DNA from: Psychrobacter sp. DM4
GTDB taxonomy: Bacteria; Pseudomonadota; Gammaproteobacteria; Pseudomonadales; Moraxellaceae
Direction of reading: 5' to 3'
Assembly (NCBI RefSeq): GCF_051307035.1
Contig: NZ_CP195536.1
Coordinates: 2,490,001-2,522,000, forward strand
DNA: 32,000 nucleotides
In this document: piece after piece, positions 1-7,683 of the stretch
How the letters are laid out: each line of letters opens with the position of its first letter
Numbering within the stretch: the stretch's first letter is position 1
Position numbers and translations under genes: made by a program
The notes under the pieces: model-generated
What the model was told of the DNA's origin: nothing
Databases searched by the model: none
What the model saw: the letters and a program-made list of their open reading frames with translations, nothing else

Positions 1-1098
1 CAGGCCGTTCCTGAAGGTAGTATCGTGCCTGTCTCTAACGTTGTCTGTCAGATCGTCAATACTGATCCAGAGTTCTATTGGTTACCCAGCTACCTTGAGA
101 CGGCTCTGCTACGTGCGATTTGGTACCCTTCTACCGTTGCCAGCTTATCCTACTATTGCAAAAATATTATTAAATCAGCACTCAAAAAGTCCGCAGATAG
201 CATAGAGGGTTTGCCGTTTAAGCTACATGATTTTGGTGCACGCGGCGCCTCAAGTATGGAGACGGTGGCGCTTGGTAGTCTTGCCAATCTAGTGAATTTT
301 TCAGGCACCGATAGCATGACCGCTTTGGTCGCTGCCAGCCGCTGGTACGGTATGGACAAAGACATGCCCGCCTTCTCTATTCCTGCCGCTGAGCACAGTA
401 CGATGACCGCGTGGGGACGCGAGCGCGAAACACAGGCTTATGAGAATATGTTGGATCAATTTGGCGGGCAAGGCAACTTGATCGCTGTTGTTTCTGATAG
501 TTATGATTTATGGAATGCTATCGACAACATCTGGGGCGATGCGCTCAAGGACAAGGTCGAGACGATGGGCGGCACTTTAGTCATACGTCCTGATAGCGGC
601 GACCCTGCCAAAGTCGTTCGTGAAGCCTTAGAACGTTTGGCCATAAAATTTGGTACGACGACCAATAACAAAGGTTATAAAGTATTGCCTGATTATGTAC
701 GCTTGATTCAAGGCGATGGTATCAATCCGCAAAGCCTTGGCAAGATACTCAATACGATCATGGAAGCAGGCTTTAGCGCGGACAATGTCACCTTTGGAAT
801 GGGCGGCGGTCTACTTCAGCAAGTCACTCGCGATACTATGAGCTGGGCGATGAAGGCAAGCGCGATTCAAATTGATGGCGTGTGGATAGACATCTTTAAG
901 GATCCGATCACTAGCCGCTCAAAACGCTCTAAAAAAGGTCGATTGGCATTGATAAAAGACAACAATGACCAGCTTAAGACTATTAAAGAAGATGACTTAT
1001 TAGACTCTAATGAAAACTTACTTCAAGATGTCTTCGTTAACGGTCAATTACTAGTCGATGATAGCCTGTTAACTATTCGGGAGCGTACAGGATGGTAG
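1..1098 (+). CDS. nadV: Nicotinamide phosphoribosyltransferase (NAMPT/NadV), 5'-truncated by the window edge
   Basis: Frame 1 is open from base 1, so the GTG at 25 in the ORF track is internal. The translation PEGSIVP...NTDPEFYWLPSYLETALLRAIWYPSTVAS...HDFGARGASSMETVALGSLANLVNFSGTDS matches the conserved NAMPT core as I recall it. Stop TAG at 1096-1098. Confidence 0.88.
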   Translation, partial: QAVPEGSIVPVSNVVCQIVNTDPEFYWLPSYLETALLRAIWYPSTVASLSYYCKNIIKSALKKSADSIEGLPFKLHDFGARGASSMETVALGSLANLVNFSGTDSMTALVAASRWYGMDKDMPAFSIPAAEHSTMTAWGRERETQAYENMLDQFGGQGNLIAVVSDSYDLWNAIDNIWGDALKDKVETMGGTLVIRPDSGDPAKVVREALERLAIKFGTTTNNKGYKVLPDYVRLIQGDGINPQSLGKILNTIMEAGFSADNVTFGMGGGLLQQVTRDTMSWAMKASAIQIDGVWIDIFKDPITSRSKRSKKGRLALIKDNNDQLKTIKEDDLLDSNENLLQDVFVNGQLLVDDSLLTIRERTGW

Positions 1099-1934
1099 CT
1101 TCTATCAACAAAAAAACGACTAGCAAGGTCGCTGCGGTCGCAAAAGATATGCTGCTAGCACCCATATATTTATATCAGGGCAATAGAACGAAGCGTAATA
1201 CTGTACGTCTGCCTGAACCAGAAGGCGAGCGTCATGGATATGTGCAGCTAAATGGCGATGCAGATAGTATTTTACCCGTGCTAAACCTGATGCTTGTCGG
1301 TGACTCTGCGGCAGCTGGCGTCGGTAGCCAAACACAAGCGGATGCTTTGGCAGGTAAGCTGCTACCCGCACTGCAAGACAAACCGACTATTCAAATCAAG
1401 TTCAATGCGCTTAAGTGGTCAGTACAAGCCACCACGGGACATACTAGCTTTGATATCTTGCGTCGGTTGTACGTATTGCCGACACCCGACCAGTCTGTGG
1501 ACGTCATGGTATTAAGTGTTGGCGTTAACGATACAACAGCCAACGTCTCCATGTCTAAATGGCAGCAGCAAATACAAGAAATTATCGTCATTGCCCAGCG
1601 CAAGTTTGGCGTACAGACTTTGATATTTTTAAGTCTACCACTGATGGAACAGATGCCTGCTTTGCCAGTACCTTTAAATGGTTATGTCGGTCTCAAAGCC
1701 GCTCAACTCGATAAGGTTCTACAGCGTATTTGTAGTGAGTCTGAAGGGGTTCATTATATGGCAACTGATTGGGCGAGTATGATTGCTGATTATAACAAGG
1801 GTAAAGATGGACCTATCGAAAAAGAGGCTATGTTTGCCAGCGATGGTTTTCATCCAAGCTCTATTACCTACGGCTATTGGGCATTACAGTTGAGTGATCT
1901 GATCACCGAGTTGCTTGATGACTCATATTCTTGA
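1092..1934 (+). CDS. SGNH/GDSL-family hydrolase
   Basis: SGNH blocks are visible: GDSAAAG (block I), SVGVNDTT (block III), SDGFHPS (block V, DxxH). The ATG at 1092 overlaps the nadV stop by 7 nt (ggATGGTAG). A GGGAG Shine-Dalgarno lies 8 nt upstream. Confidence 0.8.
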   Translation: MVASINKKTTSKVAAVAKDMLLAPIYLYQGNRTKRNTVRLPEPEGERHGYVQLNGDADSILPVLNLMLVGDSAAAGVGSQTQADALAGKLLPALQDKPTIQIKFNALKWSVQATTGHTSFDILRRLYVLPTPDQSVDVMVLSVGVNDTTANVSMSKWQQQIQEIIVIAQRKFGVQTLIFLSLPLMEQMPALPVPLNGYVGLKAAQLDKVLQRICSESEGVHYMATDWASMIADYNKGKDGPIEKEAMFASDGFHPSSITYGYWALQLSDLITELLDDSYS

Positions 1935-1984
1935 TGTAGTAGCAAAGCTCAAGTAGTCGCAAATCTCAAATAGCATCACAAATA

Positions 1985-2026
1985 AGAATAAAAAAACCGC
2001 TGATTTATCAGCGGTTTTTTTATTCT
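1985..2026. terminator. Bidirectional intrinsic terminator between the SGNH gene (+) and rpmE2 (-)
   Basis: Perfect palindrome agaataaaaaaaccgctgat/tt/atcagcggtttttttattct. The ACCGCTGAT/ATCAGCGGT stem is flanked by an A-run and a T-run. Confidence 0.85.
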
Positions 2027-2054
2027 ACAAAGCGATAAATGTCTTAAAAAAAAC

Positions 2055-2330
2055 TTACTCAGCGTCAGTAGCTTTTTTAGCACGGCCACCAAATGCACCA
2101 AAGCGCTTGTTAAAGCTAGCAACACGGCCTTCAGTAGAGCTTTTACGTTGCTCGCCTGTGTAGAACGGATGCGACGCACTTGAGATATCAAGTGGGTAGT
2201 ACGGGTATTCAGTACCCTCGTACTCACGCGTGGTTTTGGTTTTGACTGTAGAACGCGTTAAGAAGTACACGTCAGCATTAGTATCGTGGAACAAAACGTC
2301 ATGGTAATCAGGATGGATATCTGCGCGCAT
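2055..2330 (-). CDS. rpmE2: 50S ribosomal protein L31 type B (cysteine-less, non-zinc form)
   Basis: [31 protein letters not shown]...[21 protein letters not shown] is the L31 type B signature. No CxxC zinc motif is present. Confidence 0.9.
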   Translation of the reverse strand: MRADIHPDYHDVLFHDTNADVYFLTRSTVKTKTTREYEGTEYPYYPLDISSASHPFYTGEQRKSSTEGRVASFNKRFGAFGGRAKKATDAE

Positions 2331-2656
2331 AATAAACTCTCTAGGTCCGATGTATGTGGTCTACCTATAGTCATTTTTGACTACATGTAAAAGACGACAC
2401 ATACGTAACTGAGGCACTAAGCTCATTGGTAACTCTGGCAATTGTGTCACTGGCTTATTCCAGCACCCAACACCACATTACAGCTCTCTTAGCCTATCCC
2501 CAGCGGGAAAATGAAGGGGCGATTTTAACGGTTTTTGCCAAGATATGCAAGGCGCTCATGCCAAAAGCGTATAGTACCTCAGCCTAGAAAACAGATCTAT
2601 AACCTTCATTCTTTTAAAGCATATCAACTATTTGTTGTCTTGAACTTGTAATTCCG

Positions 2657-2748
2657 CAATATTCTATATATATTCATATAAAAGAATATATATATTTTAA
2701 TTATTGAATATATTAGCGGTAAGAGTAGACATCTCCACCGTCTACTCT
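2657..2748 (+). promoter_or_regulatory. A/T-rich repeat array (GAATAT[AT] x4, arranged inverted-inverted-direct-direct) plus a 9-bp perfect stem-loop, upstream of the FemAB-like gene
   Basis: Reverse-complement copies at 2658-2664 and 2668-2675, forward copies at 2684-2691 and 2706-2713. Stem agagtagac (2722-2730) pairs with gtctactct (2740-2748) across a 9-nt loop. Both sit 30-120 bp before the ATG at 2779. Confidence 0.4.
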
Positions 2749-2778
2749 CAATTTATAGGGTTCTAAGGGAGAGTATTG

Positions 2779-3891
2779 ATGACTGACATGCATAAAGTAA
2801 CTGTTGAATTTAGAGACATTGACAAGAAATGGGACAAAGATATTTTGAACCATAATTTCGATATTTATCATCTATCAGGTTGGATAACTGCCTCGGCATC
2901 TATGGATGGTGGTCGTCCTCAAGGTATCGTCGCCGAATACAAAAATAAAAAGTTGTTTTTGCCTATTATTGTAAGAGACATAGATGGCAAATACTGGGAT
3001 GCAACCTCCACTTATGGTTACTCTTGTCCTTTAATAGATGAGACACTAACTGATGATGAGACCAATGGTATATTTGAAGAGGTCAGACATTTTTTATTCA
3101 AAGCTGGCTGTGTCTCTTTGTTCACTAGGCTTCATCCTATTATTAACAAAGAATGGATACCTTCTGTAGGTAGAGCATTCACCCATGGTCTAACATTGGT
3201 GTGTGATTTGACTAAAAGTAAAGATGAGCACTGGGCAGAAACCCAAAACCAACATCGTAGAGGTATCAAAAAAGCGTTGAAAATGGACGTTACTACTAAG
3301 ATTGAGCGTTTAAATGAGGACAATATCAAGGTATTTTCAAAAATTTATAAAGAAACCATGACACACATCAACGCAGACGACTATTATTTTTTTGATGATA
3401 ACTATTTTAATGGGTTGTCCAAAAACCTTTACGATAGACTACTATTAGTCAGTGCATACAAGGATGGTAAGGCTATTGCTTCCTCTATTTATACTTGCTG
3501 TAAAGAGTCAGGCATTATGCAGTTTCATTTAGGGGGTACTCTTAATGAGTATCGGCGCTTGCAACCCTCTAAACTAATTACACACGTAGCACGTGACTGG
3601 GGTCGACAGAACCATTACAAAGCATTGCACTTAGGTGGCGGCGTTGGTAGTAATTTGGATACTTTGTATGAGTACAAAAAAGGATTTAGCTCACAATCTT
3701 TATTGTTTAAAACGTATAGACTGATTATCAATCAGCCTGAGTACGATAGCTTGGTAGATAGCGTAGGGTTTGATGAAGAAGAGCTTGATTCTGACTTTTT
3801 TCCTTTATATCGACAAATTGCTGTTAAAAAGGTACAAACTGTTGAAGAGAGTCCTGAGATTGTCGAAGAGGAAGTGGTCGAAGACGCGTAA
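2779..3891 (+). CDS. FemAB-family / GNAT-fold (PF13480-like) acyl- or aminoacyl-transferase, function unknown
   Basis: The C-terminal half has FemAB-like motifs (MQFHLGGT, ALHLGGGVGS, YEYKKGFS). AAGGGAGAG Shine-Dalgarno at 2765-2773, so I prefer the ATG at 2779 over the TTG at 2776 in the ORF track. Acidic tail EESPEIVEEEVVEDA. The family call is from memory of family motifs, not a search. Confidence 0.65.
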   Translation: MTDMHKVTVEFRDIDKKWDKDILNHNFDIYHLSGWITASASMDGGRPQGIVAEYKNKKLFLPIIVRDIDGKYWDATSTYGYSCPLIDETLTDDETNGIFEEVRHFLFKAGCVSLFTRLHPIINKEWIPSVGRAFTHGLTLVCDLTKSKDEHWAETQNQHRRGIKKALKMDVTTKIERLNEDNIKVFSKIYKETMTHINADDYYFFDDNYFNGLSKNLYDRLLLVSAYKDGKAIASSIYTCCKESGIMQFHLGGTLNEYRRLQPSKLITHVARDWGRQNHYKALHLGGGVGSNLDTLYEYKKGFSSQSLLFKTYRLIINQPEYDSLVDSVGFDEEELDSDFFPLYRQIAVKKVQTVEESPEIVEEEVVEDA

Positions 3892-3914
3892 CTATGTTTA
3901 GCACTAAAAGCCTA

Positions 3915-3960
3915 GCACTAAAAAAGCAGCCACTATAGATAGTGGCTGCTTTTTTAGTGC
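3915..3960. terminator. Bidirectional intrinsic terminator with 22-bp perfect arms
   Basis: gcactaaaaaagcagccactat / ag / atagtggctgcttttttagtgc. It lies between convergent genes and has A6 and T6 runs inside the arms. Confidence 0.88.
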
Positions 3961-3989
3961 GTCAAATATAAGTAGCAATCAATAAACTA

Positions 3990-4427
3990 CTATTTGGTAC
4001 GAACGATGTGCCAAACGCCGCCTTTGTTATCGCCATCTTTGTCGCCAACGTTTGTATCGTTGGCATAGAAATACAAAGGTTTACCATTCATTGCCCACTG
4101 ATAGCTGCCATCTTCACGCTGAAACGCTGCGAACTGACCAGAGGCCTTTGCAGTGCTAGGTGCCATGAGTGCAGGCCAAGCAACCATACAAACAGCGCCA
4201 CATTCTGACATATTCGCCATTGTATCTTTGTCATAAGTATACAGAGTCATATAGTCTTTTGAATCAACTAACATACCACCTCTGCTAGTCACAGGTGCGG
4301 TGTTACTAGGTGTTGCTTTGACTTCATGCATGCCTGAAGTGTCAGTACCGACTACACTTTTGAGCGTAGTACACCCTGTCAAAGCCAATACGCCTGTTAG
4401 TGCTGATAACATCATAATACGTTTCAT
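3990..4427 (-). CDS. Lipoprotein with Y-x-Y repeats (COG4315 / PF03640-like secreted repeat protein)
   Basis: Signal peptide with lipobox LALTGC. Repeated motifs YTYDKD and YFYANDTNVGDKDGDNKGGVWH are typical of this family. Confidence 0.75.
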   Translation of the reverse strand: MKRIMMLSALTGVLALTGCTTLKSVVGTDTSGMHEVKATPSNTAPVTSRGGMLVDSKDYMTLYTYDKDTMANMSECGAVCMVAWPALMAPSTAKASGQFAAFQREDGSYQWAMNGKPLYFYANDTNVGDKDGDNKGGVWHIVRTK

Positions 4428-4494
4428 CGTTATATCCTTGTGGTCTTAAACCTAAGTTAAATATCCATATAATGTATCTGTCTTACGAGATTAC

Positions 4495-4524
4495 AAAGAG
4501 TGCTGATTGGCACTCTTTTTTTTT
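4495..4524 (+). terminator. Orphan plus-strand intrinsic terminator
   Basis: Stem agagtgc (4497-4503) pairs with gcactct (4510-4516), loop tgattg, followed by a 9-T run. No plus-strand gene lies upstream of it. Confidence 0.6.
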
Positions 4525-5083
4525 GGAGTGATATATTTTTGCAGACCAAATATAACATGTCTATTTAGTGAATCTATTTTGTTCACTTATAAAATTACAA
4601 AATTATATAAGTCACGTTCTATGTATCCAATGCAATGGAGCAGATAGACTTTCCCTCTCGCAAAAGATCGCAGAACATAGTTCTCCTCAAATACTTATGA
4701 CTTCTATTTATGTTAAATCCTTCTACGTTTTCACACACTTTGTGTTATCGGCTGACAAAAATAGCGTATCTCTTTACGCATCTATCGCAAATATAGTTGC
4801 ATTTTTTTATATTATAAAGTAACGAACAACGAGCACTTAGAAGGTGATTAATAATGACTCGCAAGATACAGATTAAGCATTGAAACTAGTAGGTATTAGG
4901 CTCATATAGTCTATAAAGCACTGTTTAACTAAGCTTCACACGAATAACACTATATTTAGCTACACATTAATTACAACTTAGCTTAAGACAGTTAAATTTT
5001 CTCGAAATAGTACTAGATTATACTAGACCGATATCACACTGAAACTCTAGGCATAATGACAAACTCATGCCAGCAAGGATAAG

Positions 5084-6688
5084 ATGACGATAATGAATGC
5101 TACCAAGATAGATAATAAGCACCAAGATATAAAAATAAACGTTCCTAGTGCTCGCTATGGTCAAGCTAAACGCGTGGGTATTTTGGGTGGTGGTACAGCA
5201 GGAGCCACTATTGCTATTCGATTGGCAGCCTTGGGTATAGAAACTCATCTATTTGAAAAAAAGACCTCACTCGTTGATGGTCCACCGATGTGTCACTTGC
5301 ATGCAGGGGGTAACCTGTACCGTGAAATTCCAGATGAGGATTGTGTAGCACTACTTGAGCAGTGTGTTGACATTTTGCGTCTGTATCCTCATACGATGGA
5401 TGTACGTCCTACTGTCTTTGCCGTACCCAATCGTGATGAGGGTCAGCCCGAGGACTTACTGCCGCGTTTAGATACTCTAACTGATGCTTATCGTGAATTG
5501 ATTGCAAAAGACCCCAAGAATAAAGTCTTAGGCGACCCTGAGGATTATTATCAGCTCTATAGTCATGAAGATCTGATAGCCCTATCTAAGCGTGAGCAAG
5601 TTCTTGTACCCAGCACGGTCGATGAATGGGTGATACCCGTTGCCAAACATTTAGATTTAAATAAAATCAAATTTCCACTAATCGTAGTACAAGAATATGG
5701 CTGGAACATATTCCGTTTGGCCGCTTCTGCACAACTGGCATTAGAAGGCTATGATAATGCACATGTTTTTACTAATACTCAGGTCAAGCAAGTTACTGCT
5801 GTGGATTGTGAAAACTGTACTAATGCCGACCACCATGTGACTAAATGGCGCATCGAGTATGAGCAAGATAGCAAAGACCAAACTGAGTCTATAGAAGTTG
5901 ATTACTTAGTTAACGCTTGTGGTTTTCGTACTGGTGTCATCGACGATATGGTCGGCGTTGAAGTGACTCGTATGGTTGAGTTCAAGTCTTCTTATATTAC
6001 TCATTGGGATGACGCAGGTGGACAAATACCTGAAATCATTATCTATGGCAACCGCGGTACGCCAGAAGGTATGGCGCAATTGACTCCCTATCCAGGTGGC
6101 TACTTTCAAATACATGGTATGAGTAAGTTTATAACCTTGTTTAACGATGGATTGGTAGCTTCAAATAATACCAGCGCTCAGCCAAAGTTGCCTGAGCAAT
6201 ACATGCACTATATTGAGGACGGTTGGGATAAAGCACCACTACAAGCTCGTAGCCAACAAGCTATTGAATATGTCGCACAGTTTGTACCAACCTTTAATAG
6301 TGCGCGTACTGTTGGCAATGCGCTCTATGGCGGTCAGCAAATACCAGGCAAGGACGATACGCTTCGGGTCGCTGACGTGAGACTATACTCTAATATCCGT
6401 TATGCTCGTGCCGAAAACGTTAAAGCCTCCTCAACGCTGATCGCTGCTGATCAAATCGTTGACGAGTTAGCTGATTTGGGATTAATTGAAAGAGATACTC
6501 TTGCTAACTGTAATCGTTATGCTCACGACTGGCCCTATCTTCAGGACAATAACAGTGACGATGTACATATGCTGGCGCAGCAAATTGCTAAGCAAAGAGA
6601 CTTTCCAGTAGCGATGGCTGGTGTTAATCGTAGTATAGATGACATGATAAGCGATACATCAGATGATCGCGCTGTAGTAGAGGCTTAA
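5084..6688 (+). CDS. FAD-dependent oxidoreductase (DAO-superfamily-like), substrate unknown
   Basis: N-terminal Rossmann motif VGILGGGTAGATIAIRLAALGIETHLFEKK (GxGxxG followed by an acidic residue). It is followed by HLHAGGNLY, which resembles the xHAGxxY segment of LhgO/DAO enzymes. AAGGAT Shine-Dalgarno lies before the ATG. Confidence 0.75.
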   Translation: MTIMNATKIDNKHQDIKINVPSARYGQAKRVGILGGGTAGATIAIRLAALGIETHLFEKKTSLVDGPPMCHLHAGGNLYREIPDEDCVALLEQCVDILRLYPHTMDVRPTVFAVPNRDEGQPEDLLPRLDTLTDAYRELIAKDPKNKVLGDPEDYYQLYSHEDLIALSKREQVLVPSTVDEWVIPVAKHLDLNKIKFPLIVVQEYGWNIFRLAASAQLALEGYDNAHVFTNTQVKQVTAVDCENCTNADHHVTKWRIEYEQDSKDQTESIEVDYLVNACGFRTGVIDDMVGVEVTRMVEFKSSYITHWDDAGGQIPEIIIYGNRGTPEGMAQLTPYPGGYFQIHGMSKFITLFNDGLVASNNTSAQPKLPEQYMHYIEDGWDKAPLQARSQQAIEYVAQFVPTFNSARTVGNALYGGQQIPGKDDTLRVADVRLYSNIRYARAENVKASSTLIAADQIVDELADLGLIERDTLANCNRYAHDWPYLQDNNSDDVHMLAQQIAKQRDFPVAMAGVNRSIDDMISDTSDDRAVVEA

Positions 6689-6713
6689 TTTTGTCATAAG
6701 AAAGAATAAGCAT

Positions 6714-6757
6714 TAAAAAAAGGGAGTTGCGTATTTGTACGCCGCTCCCTTTTTGTT
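6714..6757. terminator. Bidirectional terminator between the flavoprotein gene (+) and the LOG gene (-)
   Basis: aaaaaaagggagttgcgta-tttg-tacgccgctccctttttg. The 13-nt arms carry 2 mismatches and are flanked by A- and T-runs. Confidence 0.7.
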
Positions 6758-6769
6758 ATTAGTACAAGC

Positions 6770-7450
6770 TTATTGCCCTACCATCTTGTCGGTATTGACC
6801 CCACCATTTATCGTAACTACTGTTTGTAGTAATTCGATAGCATCATCAATCGTATTGCAAACTACCAAACGATCAAAGTCTTGCTGCTTCATAAAGCCCT
6901 GTTCAGTCGTATACTTTAGATGCTCAATTATACGGTCATAAAACCCATCAATATTAAGAATGATCATCGGCTTTTCGTGCTGATAGAGCTGTCGCCAAGT
7001 AGCGATCTCCATGATCTCTTCTAAGGTACCCAAACCACCAGGCAAAGTAATAAAGGCATCAGCATACTCTGCCATGACGGTTTTGCGCGTATGCATTGTG
7101 TCTGTCAAGTGCAAGCGCGTCAAACCCTCATGTGCAATTTCGTGCTTGAGCATAAAGGTTGGAATCACACCAACAGCCTCGGCGCCACTTTTGATTACTT
7201 CATCGGCGACCGCACCCATGAGTCCAATACTGGCGCCGCCGTATACCAGCCCCATGCCATTTTTGGCAAGTGCTTGACCCAGATCGCGTGCAGCTTGCTC
7301 GTAAACGTCGCGATTGCCTAACCTTGAGCCACAATATACTGCAACTAACGGCATTGTAAGCACAGATTTATCGACCGCTTTTTCGATATCACTGATATCA
7401 TTACTGGTAATCACTTCATAAGTGTCATTGTTTATTTTCATTTGCATCAT
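6770..7450 (-). CDS. LOG-family protein (TIGR00730; cytokinin riboside 5'-monophosphate phosphoribohydrolase-like)
   Basis: Motifs VAVYCGS, GLVYGGASIGLMG and PGGLGTLEE (PGGxGTxxE). AAGGAC Shine-Dalgarno supports the ATG at 7450, which gives a roughly 33-aa N-terminal extension ahead of the core. Confidence 0.85.
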   Translation of the reverse strand: MMQMKINNDTYEVITSNDISDIEKAVDKSVLTMPLVAVYCGSRLGNRDVYEQAARDLGQALAKNGMGLVYGGASIGLMGAVADEVIKSGAEAVGVIPTFMLKHEIAHEGLTRLHLTDTMHTRKTVMAEYADAFITLPGGLGTLEEIMEIATWRQLYQHEKPMIILNIDGFYDRIIEHLKYTTEQGFMKQQDFDRLVVCNTIDDAIELLQTVVTINGGVNTDKMVGQ

Positions 7451-7683
7451 TTATTGTCCTTAGCCTTTTATTTGAATTATTAGTGTTCAGTTGTCTGTTT
7501 GAATCACTCCACATTTATCTTAACATAAGCCAAGTTGCTAACCTGTAACCAGCACTTATCAGTACGCAATCTTTGCATTAGTTGCTATCGATAATAATTG
7601 GCTACGCTCTAAGATCAGCTCGATGTCTAAAGCTTTATTCGAGACTCACTTACCATGATAACTATAATCTTTAGGATACCGCT

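Noticed and set aside
2545-2564. Sigma54-like TGGCAT-N-TTGCAT on the minus strand upstream of rpmE2
   Set aside because: The GG-to-GC spacing is 14 nt by my count, against the strictly required 12 nt, so it does not fit a -24/-12 promoter.
4446-4482. Possible dif/pdif-like Xer site (ttaaat...ataatgta)
   Set aside because: Aligned by eye to the XerC-6-XerD architecture, neither 11-bp arm matches (no TTATGTTAAAT-type arm). The resemblance is only AT-rich similarity.
4568-4822. 84-aa ORF in the AT-rich tract upstream of the flavoprotein gene
   Set aside because: It has a GTG start without a Shine-Dalgarno. Its composition is simply that of translated AT-rich DNA (Ile/Phe/Tyr/Ser/Lys-rich), and I recognise no motif.
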